A stretch of 59,429 nt of DNA, counting the filler, from Sphacelaria rigidula (taxonomy: Eukaryota): NCBI GenBank assembly GCA_964200075.2. It is 6 parts of 6 records of this genome, joined end to end, with 100 filler letters (N's around TTAATTAATTAA, not from the genome) between each part and the next. Parts side by side here need not be neighbours in the genome. Positions count along the whole stretch, not along the records: positions 19,846 to 29,667 come from CAXNAA020007687.1; positions 29,768 to 39,588 come from CAXNAA020007688.1; 4 more parts are not named here. The stretch is one strand, 5' to 3'. Position numbers and translations under genes: made by a program. Below, piece after piece: positions 24,390-36,200 of this stretch (the first letter of the stretch is position 1; every line of letters starts with the position of its first letter). The notes under the pieces are model-generated. The model saw only the letters and a program-made list of their open reading frames with translations, did no database searches and was not told the DNA's origin.

Positions 24390-27300
24390 GTTGCTGTCTC
24401 CACATTATAAACCGTTCCGACATCTGCGCAGTACTCTGTACTGGGCATCTGATGCGGACGCCTTCCGTGGTCATAGGCTAACTACCCCAAGCTAGGGTAA
24501 AAGAAAAATCATAAAATAAATCAGACCCAGAAACAATTCAAACATATGCGACACAAAAGAAATAAACAAGAAATAAAAAACAAATGAAACAAAATACTCG
24601 TACCAGAAAAGGAGAAAAAAAAAAGAGAAAAAAGGACTACTGCTAGCCCTCTAACTTCCGATCTCACATGCGACCATTCGAGCAACTGGAGGCAGGGCCC
24701 ATTTGGCCCACTCAGCACGCGAGGCCAAACAGAAAGGCAGCCAAACTCGAGAGTCACGATCACCAGCCAAAGCGATACGAGTCGTAGGGTGTTGACCTTA
24801 TGCGTCTAGAGGGACAGCTATGCGTACGAATATACTAGGCATCACAGGGAGAGCACAACATAACAACACACGCCACCTCGGGGGGAGGGGTGCGGTGGAG
24901 TCAGTAGTGAGTAGAAAAAGAACATAAGGGGAGATGATGGGGGTCCTGCCACTTTCGCCTTTTTTAGTTCGGTACAAGCTGGTCACGCATTCTTCCATCT
25001 CCTCATTCCTCCCCTAAAGTCTCCCGTTTAATCGCACGTTGTCGGCTGGCCTCTTCCTCGGTGTTGTGTCAAGAGGTCATGAACCTCTACGCTCCCTGCA
25101 GCACCCCCCTGTGCCATGGTATCCCCCCTTCCCTCTCCGCTGCTGAAGGCCAGAGGGCACCTTCAACTCCGAACGTCTGTCGGTTGTCGTCCGTAGAGTG
25201 GTTCGTGGCTCCGGAAGCTTGAAACTCGTCCCGCAGGCACTTCAGCCAATTTTGCTCCGGGCACCCTGGTCCTGGATCCTCTCCCCCCACGAGTGTTCCG
25301 AATGTCAGTCGCTTCGGGAGTCGTCCGTCCGATTGTCTAGCCAGGGCTTCCGCGAGCAGCAGTCGCCGTTGCCGGACGATGGCATCAGCACTTTGGCATC
25401 CGGTCTTCTTGAGGGTCTGGGCGTATGGCAACTATCGGTATGTGCCACGCACTCGGCGGTACCCGATGACCCACAGAAGGAGCCGGTAGTGTACCGTCCT
25501 TAGCAACTAGTGCTCGCTGCGCGGGGCCCACGTCATACATCTGTACAGTAGGAACTCCATCGCCTCTGCCTTCAGCAATCGGATCTTGAGTTCCCACGGT
25601 GCTTTTGGCCGGTCAAAGAGCTTTCGGGAAAATTTTGTAATGCACGCCCACGCGGCTCTGCTCCGGTTGTTGATCTCTTGTGTGAGCTCGCCATCTTCGG
25701 TGACGAGCCCACCCAAGCATCGGAACTTCGTGGTTTGTGCGTACTTCTGGCCCGTTGCTTCGATGACCAGTGGTGGGGGAGATGGTGCTGGTGGCTCCCC
25801 CTTCTGCAGCGGGTATTTTGGTGCTTGCATCAGTAGAGTCTCTGTCTTCTTGTCCGACACCGTCAGTCCGAAGGCCCCAAATACGCGTACTATAACCGTC
25901 ATCATCCTCGCCAGGCCGTCAGGGGACCTCGAGGCGACGGCCGCGTCATCCGCATACAGCATTCCCCACACCGCTCTCCGTGCGCGTTCCAGAGGTGTCT
26001 CCATTTCCCTCACCGTCTCCTCGTCGAGGTATACCATGTCCTTGAGGATGATGTCGTCCTCGCTGAATCGCACGAGAGCTATTTTGAGCGCCGCAGCGAA
26101 AAACATACTGAGCCGTAGTCCCTTGGTGATCTCCAACCACTCCAGGAGCTCCCCGTCATTCATGCGCACGCGGGCCTGTATGTCATCGTGGAATTGGTGG
26201 ATAACGGCTATCATCGCATCCGGAATCCCAGCTCGGGCAAGCACCTGCCATATTTAGAAGCTCTCGGTCGACCGAATCATAAGCCTTTTGGAGGTTGACG
26301 AAGCACACGTGTAGTGGTATTCGCCGTCGCCGTCCCAGTTCCTGGAGTCGGCCCACTACGAACAACAAGTCGACGGTGGATCGATCAGGCGGAAACCGCA
26401 CTGTTCCTCCGGCAGTATTCCGTGTACTTCGCAGTGGTCGCTAAGGCAGTTGGCCGCTCTCTTCAAAAGCCCTTTCCCGGCGTGTGACACCAGTGAGATT
26501 CCCCGGTAGTTGTTACAGCCAGAGCGATCTGAGTTCTTGTAGAGCACTTTGGTGGTGGCGTCTTTCCACTCTTGCGGGACCTCACCTCCGTTCCACACCT
26601 TTGCGAGGATGGCACGGAAGCGTTCGATAACGACGGGCTCGGCTCGACCGTCGATCTTGACTAGTGCTACAGGGAGGGAAGCGTGCCCTGGCGCTTTCCA
26701 GTTGTGCATCCCCCAGACTGCTCGTCTGGTTTCCTCCAGTGTTGGTGCTCCCCCAAGATGTACCAAATCACCGGTGGTTGAAGATGCCGGTCGCTTCTTC
26801 ACCTCCTCGATGATGGCTGGGTTCATTGTGGGCGATTTGGTGTCGAGCAGGGTGCGGAAGAACCTCGACCATCGTTGAAGGATGGCAATTTTGTTCCTCA
26901 GTAGAACGCCATTCTCATCCTTGATGAATTGCTGCCCCCTGGATTGCCTTCCGCCAAGACCCACCGATCTCTCAAGGTGTTGTACAGGCCTCTCATGTCG
27001 CGATCCATGTAGATCGCTTCTAGCCTCGCCACATACCTCTCAAGATGTGTATGGATGCCGTCGTCTATTGCTGTACGTACGCTCCTGTACGCGGCCCTGA
27101 GTGCTTTCCACATTGCTGGGGTCCGGTTATCCTTTATCAACCCGCGTGCCTCCCGTCGTTTAGCGAGCGCTGCCTCCACTATTGCTCTTGTGTCGACGTT
27201 TTCATACCATTTCCGGCATGCGTGGTATCCGTGCCTCTTTCGGGAGTACGGTCTGCGCTGCTTCGAGGATAGCTCTGGTAAATTCCTTCGCGACCGCCGG

Positions 27301-27510
27301 TGCGGTGGTGGTTGGCTGGTATTTTTGCTTGCCGAAGTTATGCAGGAACCTCTCTTTCACGTGCCACCGTGTCATTTTGGTCTGCAGCTGCTGCCTACTG
27401 AATTTTTGCTGCCTCGATTGGGTTCGTACTGGGCGGTTGTGGGCAAGGCGGCCACCGAAATCGACAGTGACCACCACCATGTTGTGGTCCGAGTCAGCTT
27501 TAGTCGGGCA
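24316..27510 (-). mobile_element. RTE-clade LINE, 5'-truncated and frameshifted, with (AAC)n tail
   Basis: Ordered minus-strand fragments: APE C-terminus (DSDHN, about 27480), RT motifs [55 protein letters not shown], then the RTE C-terminus RLPKRLTFG; 3' UTR; (GTT)n at 24316-24390. Confidence 0.93.
25087..27510 (-). pseudogene. Disrupted APE-reverse transcriptase ORF of the RTE LINE
   Basis: Split over ORFs 27202-27663, 26898-27179, 26356-26964, 26183-26401, 25507-26244 and 25087-25431; the usual QGCxLSP motif after GLR is missing. Confidence 0.9.
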
Positions 27511-27982
27511 GTATATATCAGCCCGCCCTGACCCTAACCACGTGGTGCTCGCATTCATACCGCATAGACTATGCGATGCAAAATCCTTAAGCAGCGACGA
27601 AACCAATGACTGCGTGGGATACGTCGTGCGTTGAAACCCATGCGCCATTTCGGAGTTGTACATTGCCCTGAATACCTGCCCTAGTAGGAGCTGGGCCGGG
27701 CGTCGGTTCCTGCTCGCGGTTAGCAGGTGACGCGTCGTTTAATGTTAGGCGCTGAAACTTTGATACGAGATTTTTACTATCGGCATGATGCACATATTCG
27801 AAGCAGCAAAACTAAAAAATTTGGGCGACTTGAAATTTCAGAAAAGAAAAAATACCGTAACTCCAAGATAGAGGTGGGAAAAAATGGCCGCTGCTTCGAG
27901 CACGTATTTGGAACTTGCGTGCAGATGATACTGTAAATTTTCAGCTCAAAGGTCCTAAGAGTGGGCTGCACATGCAACTTTA

Positions 27983-28150
27983 TGTGTGACACCGTTGCGC
28001 CCCGGTAATCTAAGTTATACAGGAAATTCCAGCTGCAGAGGTCACGAGTTCGAGTCCCGACAACTTGAATCCCCTTTCTGCAGAATCTGGTCCTGTCGTT
28101 CAGGTCATATATCATACATTTTTGTTTTTCTTAATTTTTTCAGCGGCAGA
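27983..28150 (+). mobile_element. Possible second, degenerate tRNA-derived SINE
   Basis: B-box-like gagttcgagtcc at 28046-28057, preceded by a weak A-box-like segment and followed by a T-rich tract. Confidence 0.35.
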
Positions 28151-29667
28151 CAGTGCATCATCAGATTGGTCTGCAGTGCACAGCGATATGCTTTTATGGG
28201 GTTGATTCGGAAATCTGGAGAAGTTATTGCGTACCCGGAATATGCACGTTTCACGGCCGGCCCAGCTCATACGACCTTGACGAGGTTCTGCGCCGACGTG
28301 TGAGGTTTCTCAGGCCGCCCCTTCCTCTCCCTGCATTTATGTCTCAAGACCTCATCTGCGCTGGTGCGAGGTGTCGCCCCCACCCAGTCGACTCGTCCAT
28401 TCTCGATCAAGCATATCCGAGTAGACGCACAGGTCTATTTTACCCAGGGATCTCTAGCTCGGGAAGCAGCCACTTCTGCCGACCACATATAGTGTAAAAA
28501 CGCGATGAAAAGTAATGGTACGGGCATGATACCGTAAGCCCCTGAGTTCACGAGCGGACGGGGGGTGGTGGCGACGCCCTTGGGTACATTGCCGATGAGT
28601 CAGTCTTCAGATATATCTTAACCGATCGAATATATCAAACCAAGGAACAAAATCTGCATTCACCTTGAAGTTTTTCAAGTGCCGAGCACTGCTGGCGAAC
28701 GTAAATCGATAGTGTTCGTTAGAAGGTTCCTCCTTGGCTTCTTGCCAGCGAGCAAACCGTCGGTTTCATCCTAGCATTTTAATGTGCTGAGCGCTGCAAA
28801 CAACATTGATTCGGGGTACGTTCTTGACCGCTCTCCTCTCGGCGTGCTTCACACTTGACCATCTGCACCCAAGTCGACAGTCGATGTGACCACCCATCCT
28901 CTGAATGACACATCGGTCTTGTTTCTATGTGGTGACTGACGCGACGTGGACAGTTTACGGTCACGCTGACGACAGGAGAGGACAGCAGTACATGTGCTAC
29001 ACATTGCGCGGCGATCCCCAAGGCACGTTTTTCGTGTCACCTTGTCGACAATTGCCTACATAACTCACAGAAACTGTCGGGGAGGGCGAGGGTCTGTCGG
29101 GAGAAGATTGTTGGACACAGAGCACCCCCCCACCCTGCCGGAGGGTAATTTTCGAAGATTGTCATACTCTTTTTTGCTAATATTATTGAATAACTTTTTC
29201 AAGAGACACTGACGAAAACCGAAAATTCTGGTGGCCTTTGCGAGGTTCGTATGTTTTCTTTTGCTCCTTGCCTGCTCTACTACCCCGATGACCTCGGATG
29301 CCGGCCACCCTCACATACATGTATACACACGAGCGCACGGTAGCGATACCCTGCATTCAAAGTAGCAACTTTATCTCACGCCTCGCGAAACTTGACCGGA
29401 CTACTAGTAGGTACTCGAGGTCCACGACACGGAACATGATGTCATAAATGTACTCATGGTAAGTGATGAGCTTGGGGGGCGGCGTGTCCGTCATCTCATC
29501 GGTCTTCATGCCAAGGATTTGTGTAGACGGTAGCTGACCGCACCCGCCCCTAAACTATGGGACAGCAGCCCGGGTGTCCCCCCCCCCCCCCCCCCCCCCC
29601 TCACCCCTCCGTCAACGCCCTAACCGGTCCGGCCCGCGGCCTCCAGGTATATTCAGACGCCAGTCTC

Positions 29668-29767
29668 NNNNNNNNNNNNNNNNNNNNNNNNNNNNNNNNN
29701 NNNNNNNNNNNTTAATTAATTAANNNNNNNNNNNNNNNNNNNNNNNNNNNNNNNNNNNNNNNNNNNN
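29668..29767. other. Artificial contig-join spacer
   Basis: N44-TTAATTAATTAA-N44. Confidence 0.99.
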
Positions 29768-32480
29768 TTGAGGTTCTCCCACGCCGCACAATATGGTCTA
29801 GCTCGACTACCATCATGGTTACCGCAAAAAAAACGCAAGCGCGCAGAACAATTCGGTAATCTAGTTGCCTAGCTTACTCAGTGAGTGGCGTGTTTTACAG
29901 CATCATCGCTAACCGGCGCCAACCCCATCGGGGTTCCGCCCCTACAAAGCCGGAGCAGAGCACGCCGGGTTTTCGCCAGACCAGGCTGTGCCGGGGGGGG
30001 GGAGGAGTTCGTCCTTTTCATCGAGGGGTTCGTGTTGTCTTCATTCCCTGAAACTTTGGCCTTGTTAGAGGGATGGGACAGCTGTACATCTGGTGGACGT
30101 TTTGTTCTACGCGTCTCACAAAGAGTACTCTGGAGTGCACCTCATTGTCGTCGTCGACTCTATTGATCATATATCTGTGTTGATGGTGATGGATGCCAAA
30201 CACATGAACCTGGATGATCAATCACCCTGTGGCAGCTAGTCTTGCGAGGAGGCGCTACATGTATCGTCTGGTTTGTTGCATCGTCCACTAGTTGTCTTGG
30301 AGGGATTCGTTTATCCGGCACTCTGAATTATGACGGATATTTTGTGTTGGATCCGGGCGTTTCCGTCGTAATGAGATAACTATCCTCGTCAGGATTTGGT
30401 CGTAACCGTGAGCAGCGCGCATATTTTCCTGCGGTCGGGTGTCATTTTTTTTTCTTTCATTTTTGATCTCCTCTCGTGTCGTTGTTCTTGTTTCCAGAAC
30501 GAGGTGCAGCCGAGTGCATCAGGTTTGAGAGGAGGGCCCACATGCTGAGGCAATCTGCGAGAGAGGTCATTGCGAAGAGGTAGGCTGGTTTTCTGCTCAT
30601 GTGTGGTTTCGAGGCGCCAAGGTGTCATCGATGCATCCATATATTTCCCCAGCCATATACCTAGCTCCATCTGCACCCAACATCGATCCTAATCTCATCT
30701 ATATCAAGCTTCAGTGGAGCTTTTTCAAGCTCCATGTGCAGCGCATGCATTCATAACAGCGGGGAAAACACGTCAAGGGTGTGCCTTCGGGACATACACA
30801 ACGTTGAGGATAGCGAAGATTGCGATGATCGGTATTCATGACACATGTTTTCCCGCTCGGCGCGAGCAAAACAAACCCAAGCGTGCCCTCGCTACGCACT
30901 ATCTGTTTGTACCACATTGTTGTCTCTGAATCTCCTTTTACGTCTTGGAATGAACACACGGCCAAATACCACACTTTTTAACGTTGCAAAATTTGCGCGA
31001 GGAAGGTGTTCCGTGTCGAGGCATGTTTGTCATATATATATAAAGATAAACAGATGAACAAGGGATTCGGCAGCTTTCGCCAACACGCTCAGTGGATCAA
31101 AAGCAAAGGTACATGAGCACCGGTGATGGTTGTGTGTAAAGCGTGATGGCATAGGTAATACTTTGAAGGAAAAGCCGCAGCTCCTCACCACCTTGTGGAG
31201 GTGGATATGGACAAAAACGCGTTCTGCGCATGCTAGGGGCACACGTAACTGTCAAGCCCCACGAAAGAGCCCATTCTCGATGTTCATATTCAAATGGAGT
31301 AATTCAACTATGGGTAGATTGTAGACCAATCCCGGTCAACTGTTGGAAGGTTCTGCGTGACCTTGCACAAATCTCTTCAGAACACTGAGAAACGATCCGA
31401 AAATGATGTCGATTCAATTTTGAAATGGCGGCGACTCACATCAAAAATAGTCAATACCGTTATTGTCAAAAGCCTCACGAAACGAAAATCGCATGTGCGG
31501 TGGAGTGGTAGCAGCAGCAGCAGCAGCAGCTACAGCAGCAGTCCAGAGACAGAAAAAAATATGAAATATAGTTGAGACGATGCGACATGCATGCACCAAC
31601 CCCGCCCCGAGAGTACAGTGGCGAAAGATGGAGGTTGCAGTTTAATAATTTTCCCGATTCTCAACTGCACATGATACCGACCCTCATTTTGGATGAAAAT
31701 GACGCCGAATCCAAATATGAATATTTTTGCCTCGTTTTTAGCCCGGAGAGGAGGAACTTAGGTATCCCATCGACAGAGGCATATGCAAAGGCTTGGCACA
31801 TGCTAGGAGCACACGCAGCAGTATTGTACGTGGGTATCTTCTCCCCCAGCCCCGGGAGTTTGCTCTGCTCCATTTTTTTGCCCAGGGTTTGTCTCGGATG
31901 TTAGATAACACCGTACCCAGCCAAATCGCCGGGAAAGTTGGTAAACGGAACGCTTATTTGTTATTCAGCGCGGGGGGGGTTAATAAAAAAAATTGTACAT
32001 AAATACAAATGTACATTCTTCTGTCGGCTGGTATTCTTCACAGACTGTTCGGGTGACTCTTGGGTAGCCGGCTTGGACACTAGAAGCGCGGGAATAAGTC
32101 GGAACCACACACGGGGAACAACGTATCAGCGGTATCGAAAAACGAACATCGTCCTCGTGCTCGTGTGTTCGCGTGTGCTCTCTGAACGATATCGCTCGCG
32201 TTCTCCCTGATCTTGATTCGGTGCCGGCAGAGAGAAAGTTACCCAGGCCCAACAAGCGAAACTGCTCAGGGTCCTGCGCGGTCAATGCGGGAAAGACGTG
32301 GGGGGCTTGATTGGTGGGTGCGGGAACCAAGAGATCGTCAAGGTAGTATCCAAGGCAAGTTACAGTGCTCCTACCAAAGCTCTGCGTTGAAGCACATGAT
32401 CACACACACACGCGCGCGCGCGCCGTGTTTTGAGTGCTGTGAGTGACCGGCTGAGGCATAACAGTTCGGGAGGGGGGATC

Positions 32481-32625
32481 GTACTCATTTGTTGCTTGCC
32501 TTAGTCGTTTGACCACTGACCATGCATTCCTTTCGAGACGGAGCATCGTTGCTACCCCTATTAGAGACACGTTCAACATTCCGGCGCTCATGACGTTTCT
32601 TCCATACATCACACGAAAACCCTTC
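32481..32625. repeat. Dispersed repeat family H (copy 2)
   Basis: gtactcatttgttgcttgccttagtcgtttgaccactgacc...tttcgagacggag...ttccatacatcacac. Confidence 0.85.
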
Positions 32626-33258
32626 ACGTATCTCATATCCGCGTCCTATTTCGCCGTCTGTGGCCACCATTTATCTCCTAGAATAGCTATCGTTTTCTCG
32701 CTACTGTCTAATGCGTCGAACGATTTCATGCCATCTACGTTCATGTCCCCCATTTCCCCCTTTTAGCACATCCCATTCCTCCTTGTATAGCTCACATTCT
32801 GCCGCTAGATGACTTTTGCTCTATATTGCTCTGCCACAGGGACAGTTCTGTCCATTTACTTCCATCTTCCTTCCTTCCGACTGATACATCTCTTTCCTCT
32901 TGAAACAGTTCGGGGGGATTCAAGAAACTCTGCACGAAATAATCAGAATGTTTGAATTATTGTGGCGTTTGTCGTCTTCAAAACGAGTCTCGGGATGTGC
33001 GTGTCGTCTCCGTCATGTACCACTGAAATGTGGATCATTTAGTTTTGGCTTTCGACACCACGGTAAATGTGTCGACGATTCCCTTCCTCGGTGCACAGCG
33101 TGTGTGCATCGCTTATCATCGCAGCGGTCGAACGGCTTATGGCTCGCGAAAAAGATCAGAGTTTCCCTTCGTGCGCTTGTGGATCTTCCTAGAACCAACC
33201 AACTGTTGTACATTTCTCCTTCTTCTGCACGTCCCCCTCATTTATTGTTTCACTCCAG

Positions 33259-36200
33259 ACCGGAAAGCGAAAGCGAGGCAGCGGCGGTGGCGGCAGTGGC
33301 GATGGCATCAACCAACCTGAAGTAACGGGACTACAAAACGGCAGCAGCGATGACTCGAGCGGCAGCAGTAGTGCTCACAGCGATAATTCCGACGGCGATG
33401 ATAGCGAGACGGAGCAAGACGATCTGGACAAAGCGGTGGCCGCACTAATGTCCGGCCGACAACTGCAGAGCGAAGAATCCGACGAAGATTCGGACAATAA
33501 CGGTGACGACAATCACGTCGGATCACCCTTTCCAGGGCAGCGTCAAAAGCTGAACGTTGTCGAGGGACAGAATGAGCGGACAGCGTCGGTTCCGCTGTCC
33601 GGACCACCAGTGTTGAGACTGTCGCCGCCGCACTCGCCTTCGACCGTGAGCAGTATTCGTGATTCTGCCGCGGGCCGTGTCGACGCCGGGGGTGAGAGGA
33701 AACCGGCGAAAAAAATGGACGCAGGGACCAAGGTTGCGGGTAAAATAATGGCGCTGAAGTCAACACCCCGTGTAGCAACAGAAGCGGCGGCAGCGGCAGC
33801 GCGAGCCGGAGCCGCTGGTGCCAAGAAAACAGTAATTAAGGGAAACGTGACGCCGATCGGCGATGTTGCCAACGTAGATATAGGTCGGCACAAGGGCGTC
33901 CGACCGATTGAGAAGTCAACAGCGTACACTATTAGCAGGGAGGTTACAGAATGCGCCGGTGTTCCTAGAGGCAGCCGCGGCGGTGTCAAAAAGCACGCGT
34001 TGTCTCCAGCCGCTCCGGCGAAACAGCAAGTGTTCATGACTCCATCAAACGCTCCGGGCTCCGCTTCGAACATCGGCACCTGCGCTTTGCCATGCCGAAC
34101 ACCGATCAAGTCGCCCCCCGCCGCGGGCTCGCAGTGCTTCCTCTACGAGGCCGAGACACCTCCACCCGATATTTTGTCGTTGGAGTCGCTGCCGTCATCC
34201 GGCGGTGCACTCGGTTCCGACGATGACAGGGACTACTCGGCATCAACAACAACGACGACTGGTGATAGTGAGAACATCGGCGGTATTGGCCCGGCATACG
34301 ACGCGTGCCGGCGGCGAAAACGTACGGATAGCAGCGGAGGTAGCGGCGGCGACGCGGGGCGTGGTGTTGAGAAGGACATCGATGTCTTCGCGCGCGGGGA
34401 GGAAGCGATGGCCGACTTCTCCGAAGTTTGGCGGCGTTCGAAGTGCTTTTCTTTTGTGCTTGTGGGCCGTGAGGGACCTCGTTTGTTTCTAGCACCTGGC
34501 GGTGGTGTAGCGGGAGATGATGGGTGGACTGACCATCGCTACCGCAGGTCGTGGAATGGTTTGTCGTCACCGGTGCTGCCCGTGGCGCCGTACACTGTGG
34601 AGTCAGCCAGCTTCGTTGCTATCGAGAAACAGCATGCGTGAGTTGGAGTTGGAGTTGGTGTTGGAGTTGGGTACGGAGCGTTTGCAGTGGCTGATAGTGT
34701 TATTATCCATTCAATGTTTCTGTTGCAGCACGGTGTTTTGTGTTCTATGCATGTGCGGCCTGAAATATTGTGTACTGGCCGAGGGTTCCTGCAAGCATGA
34801 GCAGGTGAATACGCGTTTTCGTTGCAACAGTGACTCCCGCTGCATGTTAAGCGTTTTGAACTCGTGTCCTTGCGCAAAATGACGCCCATCTCCTCCCACC
34901 TTCTTCGGATGCGCCCTTCCCATTCCCATGCCTTTTACGATCTCCTCTCGGCATGTCCCGACAACCGTGGTGATTCACACCCCACCCGACGGTTTACGCT
35001 TTTGCAGGGTCCAAGTGGTGTCAGCCATTGCCGTTTCATTCGACGGCAAAACCTCTCACCTTTTACGGTTGCCAATGCTGCTCCCACCGCGACCCCTGGA
35101 ATGGGGCGTCTTGCGCACCCCATGCGACAGCAACTACACCGAAGACGGTAACGGCAACGCAGGTATCAGCGGAGACGAAGGCGTGGGTGGCGGCGGCGAA
35201 ACCTTTGCAGCAGGGGTAGCAGGGCTGACGCCGGTGACCATCGATGGTGGTTGCGGCAATAACGAGCGCGGTCCACCTGATGGGGAAAACAGGACGGATC
35301 ATGTCCCTCCTTGGGAAAGTCTTCCCGCAAGAGCGGTCGAGGCGGTCGTGGTTTTCATTGGGTTCCCGTGGCTGCGAGCCGGTCTAAGAAAAGAGAGTGG
35401 CCGACATGGCAACGGGAGTAGGGGTACGAGATCGAGGTTCAAGTCCGGCGACCGGAATCGGGTTATGTCGTCGTGTCGTCGCTGGAACGTGCTAGGGGTC
35501 GCTGCGTTGAACCGCTGCACGGCGGAGGAGCCTTCAGGACGATGGGGTCTCCTTAGAGACGTCATGGAGAACCCTAAATCGGCTAAGGTTTGCATGAACA
35601 TGAAGGCTGCGCTTGTCTGTCTCCGAGCACTGGGCGTTCGCGTGAAGGGCACACTGGAAGATCCCGCCGTGGCGAACTGGCTGGTGGAGCCTCCGGTTGA
35701 TGACGATGCTGCAGCTGCGCTGGCGGCTCCACCGGAAACAAAGAACCGAAAAAAGAAGAAGGCGAAAACCCCACTCCCGCCACCGCCCCGTGCGCAAGTC
35801 ACGAACTTGTCGCTGGAAAGACAACCCCGTGATTTTATGGATCTTTGGTGCCTCCAAGCGGCTGCTACTTTATCTCTGATGGCAGATACAGAGTCCAAAC
35901 TGCACGATCTCAGCTTGACCCTCCCGTTTCACCTCATCGAAATGCCGGCTGTCGTTGCAGCTGCGGAAATGGAGTACTGCGGCCTCGCCGTCAGGGGCGG
36001 CCGGCTGCAGGACATGCGTCGAGAGGTCAACCAGCGCTTGGCAGACCTGAGCGGGTTGGCGGAGCAAGTCGTGGCGGGCAACACCGAAGACAGTGAGGGC
36101 GCCAGGCAAGATACGAACATTCTCGCTAGCCGCGTGCGCCTACACGATACGGTGTACACGTCACTGAAGGTCGCGCCGCCACCCTCGTGGAAGCAACAAC

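Noticed and set aside
24214..24481. Poly-Asn / poly-Leu ORFs
   Set aside because: Translations of the (AAC)n LINE tail.
25586..26257. 223-aa plus-strand ORF
   Set aside because: Antisense shadow of the RT coding region.
29901..31108. Further upstream polymerase exons (about 29901-30027, 30498-30580, 31054-31108)
   Set aside because: Splice signals are plausible but I could not build a unique in-phase chain, and no motif is recognisable.
35299..35898. 199-aa minus-strand ORF (likewise 33543-34109 and 35929-36405)
   Set aside because: Antisense shadows of the GC-rich polymerase exons.
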